Source of the DNA: Azolla caroliniana
Lineage: Eukaryota > Plantae > Polypodiophyta
DNA: 64,000 nucleotides
Direction: 5' to 3'
NCBI GenBank assembly: GCA_043228905.1
Contig: JBHGNT010000002.1
Coordinates: 5,952,001 to 6,016,000, forward strand
The notes beneath the pieces are model-generated. The model saw only the letters and a program-made list of their open reading frames with translations. It was not told the origin of the DNA and did no database searches. Position numbers and translations under genes: made by a program. Positions 12,218-24,237 of the stretch are shown in pieces (position 1 is the stretch's first letter; each line of letters starts with the position of its first letter).

Positions 12218-13429
12218 AACTCCCCCTTCACTCCGGCATGGGGTACTTTTTCAATCCAATCTGTTTCCGGCATGTATCCAACTTCTCTGCTGACAACACC
12301 TTTGTTAGCATGTCCGATCCATTCTTAATTATGTGGATTTTTACCAAGGAAAAATCCTTTTCTTCTACCCGATCGCAAAGCCAATGGTATCTCCTCTAGA
12401 TGTGCTTGGTCCTCGCATGGTTGGTGGCGTTCTTCGCAAGGTGGATGGTACTTTGGTTATTGTAGTAGAGTTAGAATTCGTCTTGCCGAATTCCCAGCTC
12501 TCCAATAAACTTCTTCATCCAGATTATCTTCTTGTTGGCTTCAATAGTAGCCATGTACTCCACTTTTGTGGTCAATAGCGCGACAACCTTCTGCAACCTC
12601 GATTGCCATGAGACAACTCCCCCTACATATGTCATTAAATATTTGGACATGGACCGGTTGGTACCCACATCAACCAACATGTCTGAATCAGTAAAACCTT
12701 CTAATATGGGGTAACTTGAGCCAAATCAAAGGCACATGCTCGAGGTGCCTCTCAAGTACCGGAGTATTCACACTTGACTGCTGCCCAATGCTCTCTTCTT
12801 GGATTACTCATTCACTGGTTGACGACTCCGACTAAGTATCCAATGTCTGGTCTAGTACATACCATTGCGTACATCAGGCTTCCAACTACTGAGGCATATG
12901 TGACCTTACTCATCTCAAGTTTCTCCATCTTCATCTTCGAACATTGTCTACCGGACAACTTTCTGTTAATCGACAGGGTCGAGTCGACCGGTTTTGTGCT
13001 TTCCATGCTAAACTTCTGGAGCACTTTTGTCACGCTTCTTTCATGTGACAACCATAATAATCTCTTTGTCCGGTCCTGGATGATGTGCATCCCCATGATC
13101 TGTCTTGTTAGACCCATATGCTTCATGGAGAAGGACCTACTCGAGGCTTTCTTCAGCATTCCGATTTTCGTATGGTCTCGTCCAACAATCAGCATGTCGT
13201 TCACATACAACAACAGGACAAGGAAATCTCCTCTGTCAAACTTCTTCACAAACACACAGGGCTTGGCCTACGTTTTGAGGTACCCTTGGTCAGCCATGAT
13301 GGATTCGAACTTCCGATACCATTGCCAGGGAGCCTGCGTTAGTATATAAAGGACTTACTCAACTGGCATACTAGGTTCTCCTTTCCTTTCTTGACGAATC
13401 CTTCCGATTGTTGTATATAGATTTCTTCT
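12218..13429 (-). pseudogene. Degenerate Copia RT-RNase H plus PPT, inverted relative to the adjacent gag
   Basis: LLLYVNDMLI, VGSLMYAMVCTRPDI, VSWQSRLQK motifs. PPT (AACTCCCCCTT on +) at 12218-12228 has no LTR beyond it. Confidence 0.85.
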
Positions 13430-13652
13430 TCTCTAAGCTATTCTATAGGAACCTATAAATAAGCGCATACGTGTATTCTCAAATCAATTCGAATCAACAC
13501 CAGTCTTTAGCTCTCATTACATATCTTGTATCCATTCTCTTTCTTTCTCTATCTTATACATCCATTCTTCTCTTAGTATTTGGTTCCTTTCTTCTCGTGT
13601 TCTCTAATATCCTTCTTCCATCACTCTACCTTTTATCCTTGGTTCTGACAGT

Positions 13653-13659
13653 TTGATTC

Positions 13660-13664
<5 letters not shown>
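13653..13664 (+). promoter_or_regulatory. Self-priming PBS of element A
   Basis: TTGATTCGAATT is the exact reverse complement of LTR 13486-13497, which starts 32 bp after the TATAAATA at 13454. Confidence 0.85.

Positions 13665-13708
<44 letters not shown>
13664..13708 (+). repeat. (CT)n microsatellite in the A leader
   Basis: Directly visible. Confidence 0.95.
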
Positions 13709-13711
<3 letters not shown>

Positions 13712-13736
13712 CCTCCTTTGTAACCATCCTGAAACC

Positions 13737-14665
13737 ATGGCTGCCATTAACTCAAAAGAATATCTCACCCTTGTTGCAGAAATGGAGAACCTTAAATCCA
13801 AGTTCGCATCTCTTGAAGTAGAGAATCAACGTCTACTTGGGGATCTACAAAAGGTTACTATAGAGAAGCAACAACAACAAGAGGAGTTCACGCGACGAGT
13901 GCAACAGTTAGAGTCAACAATCGTCGTGTTACAACAACAAAGGGTTGAAGGTCAGGGACTTATCAAGGAGCCCAAAATTAGCCTCCCAACTAAATTTGAT
14001 GGGTCAAGGGCACATTTCCGAGGTTATTTGAATCAAGTACGGTTGGTGATTCAAATGCATCCCGCACGTTATCCAACAGATGCATCACGAGTCGGGCTAG
14101 TGGGCACTTTATTGACTGGCATAGCGTTGTCGTGGTTTGCTCCATTGCTAGAGACCAATTCTCCTCTACTGAATAATTTCGAGGAATTTATCAAGGAATT
14201 TAAGGCTTGTTTCGGAGATACTGATGGAGCGAGAACAACTATCAACAAGATTCGTACACTTCGTCAAGGTGATCAACCAGCTTCAACATATGCTGCCAAT
14301 TTCCATCTCATCGCAAGCAATATTCCTTGGGATGAACAAGCCCTAATGGAGCAATTCCGTTCAGGCCTTTGTAGTGATGTCAAAGACTTACTTCTTACCT
14401 TCCCCGAGGATCCAAGGTCACTTACAGAAGCTGTTAGTCGAGCAATACGGTGTGATAATCGCATTTTTGAGCATCGATGTGAGCTACAACAACAAATAAC
14501 AAGATCTAGATTCACACCAACTTATGCATCAGTAACGGCGCAATCATCCCTAAGGCAAATGTATAGCCCTGCTCCAACTCCAAGGCAAACACGTAGTCCA
14601 GTCCCAATGGATAGTCCTACACCCATGGAGATCGATATGACTCAACAACGAGGACTGTTGTCAGA
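13737..14665 (+). pseudogene. Element A gag, N-terminal part
   Basis: Coiled coil, EPKISLPTKFDG, LRQG..ASTYA..F and PTPMEID motifs. Resumes at 35295 with the zinc knuckle CLYCGGPGHIAIHC. Confidence 0.9.
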
Positions 14666-15341
14666 TGTTAAGCGTTGGGATAACAACACAACCATTCACG
14701 AATAAGAACGCATCAACAAGGACGTAGTACGAAGAGGAAACGGCAAGAGGAAAGGAGAGCAAAGAGACAGCCAAATGTGAAAGGCCCATAACCTAAACGT
14801 GAAAGCTATATAAACCACATAGTAGTGGCTTTGTGGGGGTTCTCCCATTTGTAAAGATCTCCTATTGATTAGAGCTAGAGCTTCCTCTCCTCCTTCTTGT
14901 AACCTTTGAGCTTAAGAGAGATTAGTGAAGTGTTGAGTTAGAGAACACTAATCTCTCTCCTTGTTGGTGCTAGACCTCTTAGCAAAGAGGGTTAATAATA
15001 GACATACTCTTTCTTCTTATTGTCTATATCTATTAATCTATTGTCTATGAGAGAGAGCTTGAGAGAGTGAGAGAGATATCGTGCTTAATCATTTACTAAT
15101 CGTTGAGTGAGTGTGAGGCTCGGAGGTATCCGACAACCATCTCCGCCCGATTCGCCATCAAGAGGGTATACGACGGTCCGAATCCCGCCACGACATCGAG
15201 GAGCTTACTCCATCGATACATAGATCCTTAACATCTATTTGGCGCCGCTGCCGGGGATACGACCGACGCTTGAAGCCTATTTCGAGTAGTCGAAAACTCG
15301 AAGGCAACCCACTTAACGAAGGAAGAAAGCAAAAGAGAACC

Positions 15342-15562
15342 ACTATTTTCTGTTTTTCTTACTATTTCATAGTTTAATTAAGTTGATTTTCTGTTTTCCT
15401 CACTATTTCATAGTTTAATTAAGTTAATTTTCTGTTTTCCTCACTATTTCATAGTTTAATTAAGTTGATTTTCTGTTTTTCTCACTATTTCATAGTTTAA
15501 TTAAGTTGATTTTGTGTTTTTCTCACTAATTCATAGTTTAATTAAGTCCCATTTTCTGTTTT
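15342..15562 (+). repeat. 41-bp tandem repeat, about 5 copies, in the B leader
   Basis: Unit TTTTCTGTTTTCCTCACTATTTCATAGTTTAATTAAGTTGA. Confidence 0.92.
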
Positions 15563-15705
15563 TTCGCTCGGTTGACATTAAACATTGTGGAGGTTTAGGC
15601 CGTTACGGGGCAAGCATAATCACCGCGAGTCTCGCGGCTTATGATCACTCCACGGGTCACAAAGCGACCGTTGGCGCCAAAAAATTTGAATTTCCCACGC
15701 AAAGC

Positions 15706-16045
15706 TCGACGAAGATTCAACCTTCGACGAACATTCAACCTTCGACGAACATTCATCCTTCGACGAAGATTCATCCTTCGACGAAGATTCATTCTTCGAC
15801 GAACATTTAACCTTCGACGAAGGTTCAACCTCCGACGAACATTCACCCTCCGACGAAGATTCATCCTGCGACGAAGATTCATCCTTCGACGAACATTCAA
15901 CCTTCGACGAACGACGAAGATTCATCCTTCGACGAACATTCAACCCTCGACGAAGGTTCGCCCTTCGACAAAGATTCATCCTGCGACGAAGATTCATCCT
16001 TCGACGAACATTCAACCTTCGACAAAGATTCATCCTTCGACGAAC
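15706..16045 (+). repeat. 18-bp minisatellite in the B leader
   Basis: Unit TCGACGAA(G/C)ATTCA(T/A)CCT, head to tail. Confidence 0.95.
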
Positions 16046-16115
16046 CTATAAAAAATTTATAATAATAATAATAAATAAATAAATAAATAAATAAATAAAA
16101 ACTTGACCAGAAAAT

Positions 16116-19100
16116 ATGGCCGGATCCTCATGGACAGAAATGTTCAAAACTCGACCTGCACGCCTGGAAGAGTCCACGCAAACCGACCAAACCCACGATG
16201 CTGGCCCGCCTAACCCAACTCAATACCACGAAGGGTGGCTAACTCCGGGGATACTACCAAACATGAACCTCCCATCGAGCCCAGGACCTAAAGCACTGCT
16301 CAACACACCCCCACTACAGGAGAGCCCAATGGCAGACCCACTCAGTGTAGAACGACATATACGAGACGCAGCGCAAGAGTTTTGAGTGATAGAACACGAA
16401 ATCAATCTATGGATGGTACAACTTGCGAAAGGAGGACAACCGGAAAGCACCACTCGAGATATCAAAGCTGCTTTGGCCGAAAGGAAGGATAGATTCACAC
16501 GAGTGCAACAAAAACTTCACCACCTAGAAACATCATCGCACATACACCGCCGAAGTCAGGAGCACAGCCCCGTACTGCGTTTGAGCACAACGGGCGATAG
16601 CCCGAACGAAACCCGCGCACAATGACACCCGGCACCACCATGCATGGGCACAATCCCTACACCTGACCAAGCTGCACCTACACCTCCAAACCCCGAACTC
16701 GCACTCGCGCTACAATCCATACAAACTCTTGTAGCATTGATGGAAAAAGAGCGAGCACCCATAGACCATCCAAGAAACCTCACAAATGACAGTGGGAAGA
16801 GTGCTTCCATTTCTAAACTAGTACCCCGTTTCCTCGGTTTCGGCGATGCCTATGACCATGTCGAGAGGTTCAAACAGATTTGCCACGCTTACGAACCCCT
16901 CACAGAGATCACCAAGGTAGCTGCGTTTGGACTCACACTTAACGACCAAGCTGGCATCTGGTTTCGAACCTTGAATGAAGACATCACCGCCGATTTCGAG
17001 TACGTCATCGAGGATTTCTTGATAAACTTCGCTCGTCGAGGGAATAAATGGAACCCAATTGACCAACTTTTCGCCCTCAAACAAGAAGCAAACGAAACGG
17101 TCAGGGACTACATACATCGCACGAAAAGCTTGCATCATTGTTGTAGTCCGAACGACAAGATGTCAGATGACAAGTTGATGAGCCGTTTCATTAATGGGTT
17201 GTTCGATACGACACTCCAAAATTTCCTGATTGGCCGGATGTGTCGATCGTTTACTGAATCCTGCACAGTAGTGATGACCTTTGAAGATTTGATGAGTGGA
17301 TTACACATGCCCACTCACGCACCCACGAACAACCGCGAGAAATCCTCCGACCCCACCCCTGCTCTACCCACACCGCGAACACCCCGTATAGAAAGACCCC
17401 AAGCATACGCCCAACGAGAAAATGTAAGGTGCACGGTATGTCACGGACACCACACGGGACATGAATGTCCTCTCCTTCATCAACGACGGCCGCAATACTG
17501 TAAGTGGTGCAAAGCTTTTGTAATGCATACGCAAGAGAACTGCTGGCAAGCCCCCACTGGAAGGTACGGCCAAACGCCAATGGTGGAACACCCACGCTCC
17601 CCCCCACCCCTTAGCCGCCCACCACTACCAACGATACTCCCTCAACAACCCCCACTACCGCGCATCTGTGCCCGCCTCGCTGATATGGAGTATACCACAG
17701 ATAACCAAACCCAGGCCGGAACGAGAACCCCCGAATATGAAGACCCGTATAGGGAGTATGGCATTGAAGAAGAGGTGTTATCCCATTTCGTGGATTTTGA
17801 AGGCCACCAAATACCAGTGTACGTCCTGAGAGGGGAACAACGTGGACCCCCTATGGGATACCGCAACAACAATGGTCTCAGGAGGTCAGAATTGAAATGC
17901 TTCAACTGCCAAGGCCCGCATATGGTTAGCGAGTGCCCAACCAAACATGAGTACTACAACCGGATGGCCCAACAACCACGACACCTCCCACTCGACACGC
18001 CCCCACAACCATTGGCGCAAGGGCCCACCCAACAGTCACAAGACCTCATCGAATGGTTCCAAAGAGAAGCATCATGCCCAGGGTGCGGTAAAGAACACCT
18101 AGTATCTGATTGCCCGGAAAAGAAGAAAAGGGTCGGCACAAATCTGTTGTCCATTGTGCCATCCACGATTGGTGCCAATGTGATCACACGAGCCCAGCGA
18201 GTAGCGCACAATTTAAAATACCAAGATCAAGGTCTCCCCGTGACCGCGCGTAAGATACGCAAATCTAGGAAGAATAATTCCACGCAGACCTCAAAACACG
18301 ATCAAGAACCGGAGGGAGACACAGAAACATTACCCGTCAATCCGAATCAAGAACTATTGGCACACCTAGCGGCATACCCAAATCCAGTAGCCAAGAAACA
18401 AAAAGTAGAAGAATACATCAAACTCATACACCACGAACAGTTTGAAAAATCGCGTAGCCTCCCCAGCTTGAACTTCGAGCAACTAGAAGAATAGGTAAAC
18501 CCCTCACCTCCCCCCTTCGTCACACGAACCGACACTCCTGTTTGCCATCCTACCTCGATCAAAAAAGTCAACACAACTCTACTCCAACAAATCTTAAATT
18601 TAAGATTGCGACTCACATTACGCGAAGTGCAGAGCTACATTGGCACCTTCACCATTGACAACCCCCTGCTACGACCACTACTCGCCAAAGAAATAGAGTT
18701 CACACTCGAAGAACTACTCAAACTCGACGTTCAACCGTGGCATGACGTCCTCCAACGCCTCATTGGTGGCCTATCGGCGGGATATGGTGAAGGGATACAC
18801 ACCCCCACTCCTCGCACGTCCACAGTCCTCAAACAACCCGAAGGACCGCCAGTCGATGTCCACGAAGCCCATTTCGAGAGCGACGACACTAGTTTCACTC
18901 TACCAGTCTGTGTCAATGGTAAGACGTGTGATGCCATCATCGACACCGGAGCAGGGGTAATTATCGTTAGTTACGAATGTTGGCGCAAGTGGGGGAGCCC
19001 AAAAATGATGCCTTCCGAGGTCAAACTACGAATGGCAGACGGGTCCATCCAAAGACCGGAAGGCATGATTCCTTCGCATCACTTCACTATACACGGAGTG

Positions 19101-21434
19101 GAGTTCAATCTCACCTTCGTCGTCACAAGATCGTCCAACCATGTAGCCTACGAGTGCTTACTAGGAAGACCATTCCTACGTATAAGCAGCCTGGTCATGG
19201 ATTTTGGGAACGATATAATCTATATGCGAAAGGACAACAAAACCTTTCGCATCAAAGCGTACACAAAAAAAGTGCATGAACAAGAAGGCAACCCTCTCGT
19301 AGACGATTGGTCAGAGACCACTGAGTTCGAGACCAACCTCCTAGCGTGCAACCCCGCGAAGACAGTTCAACTCTTGACCAGAGGCCAACACTTTCCTCAA
19401 AGCCTCACCACTTCCAAAGAGGAGAACGCACGTGAGAGAGACGACCAATCCATCACCTCCGAGACGTCAGAAATGAATTGGGTGCACGCTCTCGCCACAA
19501 CCGACGCAATGTATCCTATAGGTACAAAGTGTTGCGACGAGAACGGAGAGACAATCTCGTGCTTCACCGTCGCCACCCTAGGTCCCCGGCGAAAAGACGT
19601 AGACGTAGAGGACAAAGAACGGGCACAACGAGTCACACGTCCAGGTGACGTCACGACCACTCAAGAGGCGGTGACGGAAGCGGACTTCCCAGAGCATTTC
19701 AAACTCTATGAACAAGGGACTAGGGCAGTGGCTTGTAAGAGACCGCAACACAACCCCCAAGGCCTGGGAGAAGTCTACGATGGACCAGCAAGGGTGAAAG
19801 AAATCAACCTTGGGAAAGGGACAGACTCTAAACCGGTGTTCATAGCTACAGATCTCCAACCGGACGAGGAGGTGTCCTTGATCACTCTCCTCACGGAATT
19901 TAGCGACGTGTTTGCATGGTCGTACGTCGACATGAAGGGAGTGCCAGCCGAGGTCGTCACATATAGTATCCCCATGCGAGCCGACGCCCGCCCAATGCGG
20001 CAAAGGCCACGTCCAATGAATCCTAACTACGCCCAACAAGTGAAAGCCGAAATCAACAAAATGTTAGCTGCAGGCATTATCTACCCAATCGAACGGACTA
20101 CTTGGGTCTCCCCAATTGTGGTCGTCCCAAAGAAAAACGGTCAGATCCGCATATGTGTAGACTACCGCCAAGTTAATGAAGCCACTATCAACGACAATTA
20201 CCCGATACCCTACATCGAACATTTACTCGAAAGAACCGCGGGAGCAGAAGCGTATAGCTTCATCGACGGGTTCTCCGGGTACAACCAAATCTCGGTGGTC
20301 CCTGAGGATCAACACAAGACAGCTTTCGCCATGGAATTTGGTACGTTCGTGTATAAACAGATGCCTTTCGGACTCACGAGCGCCTTGAGCACCTACCAAA
20401 GAGCAGCAGACCATATCTTTGCCGCAAGGTTACGCCAAGGGGTGGAGTCTTATGTTGACGACTTATGTTGCAATTCGAAATGGCATGACCACTTGGGGCT
20501 ACTCCGTTTGACGTTCGAAAAATGCAGAACCTATCAACTCTCTCTCAACCCGCTCAAGTGTCAGTTCTGGGTCAAGCACGGAATAATATTAGGACACGTC
20601 GTGTCCCAGCACGGGATCTCGACCGACGAGGCAAAAGTAAAACTCATCCTCGACATGCCACCCCCCACGAACGAGAAACAACTACAAGGGTTAATGGGAT
20701 ATGCGGGTTACTATAGACGCTTCATTAAGATGTTCGCGGACAAGGCTAGACCACTCTACTCCCTATTAAAGCAGTTCGTATGGACAGAGGAATGCACACA
20801 CTCCTTCAAACTCTTGAAAGAGTGCCTAACTAAGGCTCCCATCCTCTGGCCTCCCGACTGGGCCAAAGAATTCCACGTGCACACCGACGCTTCCGCCTTC
20901 GTGATTGGTGCAGTGCTAGCCCAACCCGGTGAAGGGGCACTCAACCTACTGGTCACCTTCGCTAGTCGCCAACTAAATGCCGCGGAACGAAATTACTCCA
21001 CGATGGAACGGGAGGCTTTGGCCATGGTCTACAGCGTAAAGAAATTCCGCCACTACCTGTTGGCGTCCCGGTTCTCGTTTTTTGTAGACCATCAGGCCCT
21101 ACTCTACTTAGTAAACAAAACTCATGCCACTGGATGCATCTCACGATGGATTGTAACGTTACTCGAATTCGACTTCAAGGTAGTAGTGAGAAAAGGGAAA
21201 GACCATGTACTCGCCGATCATTTCTCCCGAATTCCCAACGGAGAAGAAGCCATTGGGGTCGATGATGAAACACCAGATGCAACATTATTTGCGATCGATA
21301 CCGTACCAACATGGGCATCAGACATAGTTCGCGTCCTAACTGAAGGAGCGTCCTTCCTAAAACAACTACCACGAACACACGCGCGCGCCTTGCTAAAGAA
21401 ATGTGGCCCCTTGATGATGCTCCGAGGCAATCTG
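16116..21434 (+). pseudogene. Element B gag-protease-RT-RNase H, one frame with three in-frame stops
   Basis: ORFs 16116, 16386, 16644 and 18606 share one frame. Motifs: several CCHC-type knuckles, IIDTGAG, RICVDYR, YVDD, VHTDASA. Confidence 0.9.
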
Positions 21435-21910
21435 AGAGGGATTTCGGTGTAGCGCCACCCTTCACGTCCAAAATACTCGGCGTAGGCGACAAGAATGATG
21501 ATGGGGACAACCCCCAGGGTCCGCGCGGTGCGGAAGGGGGCGCCCTCGAGGGGTAAATGCAGCGTAGCACAAACATCGGCCGCGGTGAACTGGAATGCGA
21601 CGGGAGGGGAGTCTACGAAAGGCTGCATATTGACGTGGCCCGTATTGGGGTTGTACCCGATGAGGAAACAGTTGACCAGTTCAGGTAGGACGCCCGACGG
21701 CCCGATCCCGAGGAAGAACTTGAGGCCAAGTCGTGAGAGCGTGGCGAACACGTCGGGTTCGAGGTACTTGAGCTGCGTGGCGGCCGTGGGAACCCGGTAA
21801 GTACATCGGGTATTGTTGAACACCGCTGGAATGACTAAGGAACCGCACCCTGCGTCGGGGTAGTAGGCGTGGAGGAGTTTGATAAATTGGGGAGGCGTCA
21901 TCGTTGGCAA
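21435..21910 (-). pseudogene. N-terminus of the B accessory ORF, inside the inverted segment
   Basis: MPTMTPPQF...LPELVNCFLIGY...FTAADVCATLHLPLEG...GWRYTEIP. Lies downstream of the integrase in the inverted orientation. Confidence 0.65.
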
Positions 21911-22214
21911 CCTGCGAGGAAAAATATTAGTATAGGTAACTGTGGTGATGAATCAGCAAGTATGGGTAGTTTCAATAGATTCCCCGGCTGGGTTTTTCTT
22001 TTTTTTTTCTTTTTCTTTTTTTTTTCCTTTTTTTTTTTTTTTGGGAGCGGGACGTGGAGTCCTAACTATGGGGTAACTCGGGTAAATGTGGTGACGAAGC
22101 AGCGAGTTCGAGTAGTTGCCATAAATTCCTAATTTGGTCCCTTTTTTTTTTCTTTTTTTTTTTTTGGGTCCTAATTTCGTAATAACGTTACAATGAAGGG
22201 GTACGTGGTCTAGG

Positions 22215-22430
22215 AGTGGGACTCCTCGAACTACGCGTGGTTCGAGGGGTTGGGCCCCCCGAACAATGGGGAGTTCGAGGGGTTGGGCCCCCCGAACAAT
22301 GGGGAGTTCGAGGGGTTGGGCCCCTCGAACACTGTGTAGTTCGAGGGGTTGGACCCCTCGGACAACGGGGAGTTCGAGGGGTTGGGCCCCTCAAACAACG
22401 GGTGTTTCGAGGAGTTGGGTCCCTCGAACC
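22215..22430. repeat. 33-bp GC-rich tandem repeat in the B pol-ORF3 spacer
   Basis: Unit approximately GGGAGTTCGAGGGGTTGGGCCCCCCGAACAATG, about 6 copies. Confidence 0.9.
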
Positions 22431-23099
22431 ACGCGGTGGAGTGGGCTGGAAACGGCCAATGACGTGGGGAGGGTGAAACGACGAGGCGGCTGTCGCAACC
22501 ACCTTGGGGGGAATGAAAGAAAGAAGAGAAAGGGAGAGAAACGTCGAGATGGTGGGGCAGCGTGGACGGGCAGCGCCACGGGGAGGGGTGGCGGCAACGT
22601 GGCAGCGGCGAGGGCCGCCGCGGGAGTAGTGTAGACGTAGGGTGTCGGCGATGGCCGCCACGGTTGGGAGGCCCATAGTGTGTTAGCCATGGCCGCCACG
22701 ACTGGGAGGCTCGTAGTGTGCCGGTGACAAGGGGAGGAAGACAGCGTCACGGCGGCGGCCATGGCCCCCGCAGAGGAATGAAGGGCAGGTACGAGGGGAG
22801 TGCAGTGTGGTGTGTAAAAACGAGAGAGGGGGGGGGGGGGGGAGCAAGGGCCTACCCGAGGCGTGGGAAAGCAAGGCGTGGGGGAGGCGAGGCGGCGACC
22901 GGCGCAGGCAACCGGTGGAGGAGGGGCGGGGCTGTTGAGGGTGGGAGAAAGCCACAACAGAGATTGGGGGGCAAGGGGGGGAATAGTGTGAGCGGGGAGG
23001 AGGGAAAGACTGTTGCAGAGCGTGGAAGCGTGGAGTGAGAAGGGAGGGGACACCAGAAAGAGGAGGGTGAAAAAAAAGGAGGGAGGGGAGGTAGAGCAA

Positions 23100-23555
23100 A
23101 GAAGAAGGAGAAAAAAGAAGAAGAAGAAGAAGAAGAAGAAGAAGGCGAAAAAAGAAAAAGCAAAACATTAATAAAAAATAAAATTAAAAATAAAATTAAA
23201 ATTAAAATAAAAATAAAAATTTAAAATTTAAAATTTAAAAAAAAAAAAAAAAAAAAAGAAGATAAAATAAAATAATAATAAAAGTAAAAATAATAATAAT
23301 AAATAATAAAAATAAATTAATTAATTAATTAATAAATTAAACTAAACATAAATTAAAATAAATTAAAATAAAATCTATAAATAAATAAAATAAATAAATA
23401 AAATAAATAAAACTAAATAGATAATAAATAAATAAATAAAATAAATAAAACTAAATAGATAATAAATAAATAAATAAAATTAACAAACAACAAAAATAAT
23501 AGAAAATAAAAAATAAAACAAAATATAAAAATTAAAATAAAAAAAAACTAAAAAA
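23100..23555. repeat. (GAA)n followed by a ~390-bp almost pure A/T low-complexity tract
   Basis: Directly visible. Confidence 0.9.
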
Positions 23556-24237
23556 GGATTCGGATACCGATGGTGAGGGTGGTCTAAACGGGGGTCTCCG
23601 GGGAACGTGGTAGGGGATTGGGTAAATTAAGGGCTTTTGAGGAACCTTGAGGATGCGACTGTGGAAGGAGTGTCACTCGGATATCGTGTGAGGTTCCGGA
23701 TCCATGACTTTTAAGGATCCAAACCTGCGACATGTTTGTTAAGGGGGTGGGGAGGATTTGCGAAACCTTCCTACGGGGTGTTCGGTCTCTCCGTTGTTTA
23801 GGCTTGTCTCTTCCTATGGCTTTAGCCTGGGCGGGATGCCGGGTTGATGTGTGTGTTTTTCGGGTGTCCCTTGCAGGCGTGGTATGATCGTGACTGGGGA
23901 GTCGGCTTCGTTTCGGGACCCAAAAGCTAGTGGCGCCTTTGTACCAACCTTGTGCTGTTGTGAGTGTCTTCTTGACTCGCCAAATGGCGGGTTCTCCACA
24001 ATGTTGCCGGTCCGCAAAAACAGCGTGAACATTCACCCATTCCCGTGGTTTGGGTGCCCGTGTTCTGACGTCAACGTCGTGCTGGTCTTGGGTGGCCAGT
24101 GGGTGTTGGCATTTGGTTTGGTTGAGCGACTCCGCGTCTTGGGGTTCATCGATGTCCCGTGCAGGCGTGGTATGATCAAGACTGGGGAGTCGACTTCGTT
24201 TCGGGACCCAGAAGCTAGTGGCGCCATTGTGCAACCC

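Noticed and set aside
15706-16045. CRISPR-like array and Arg-rich ORFs
   Set aside because: Head-to-tail units with no unique spacers, no cas genes and a eukaryotic TE context.
18492-18494. Programmed stop read-through between B gag and pol
   Set aside because: Two more in-frame stops occur upstream, and all fit C>T decay.
22188-23168. Pro/Gly-rich ORFs in the B spacer
   Set aside because: GC-rich low-complexity and tandem-repeat artefacts that are open in several frames.
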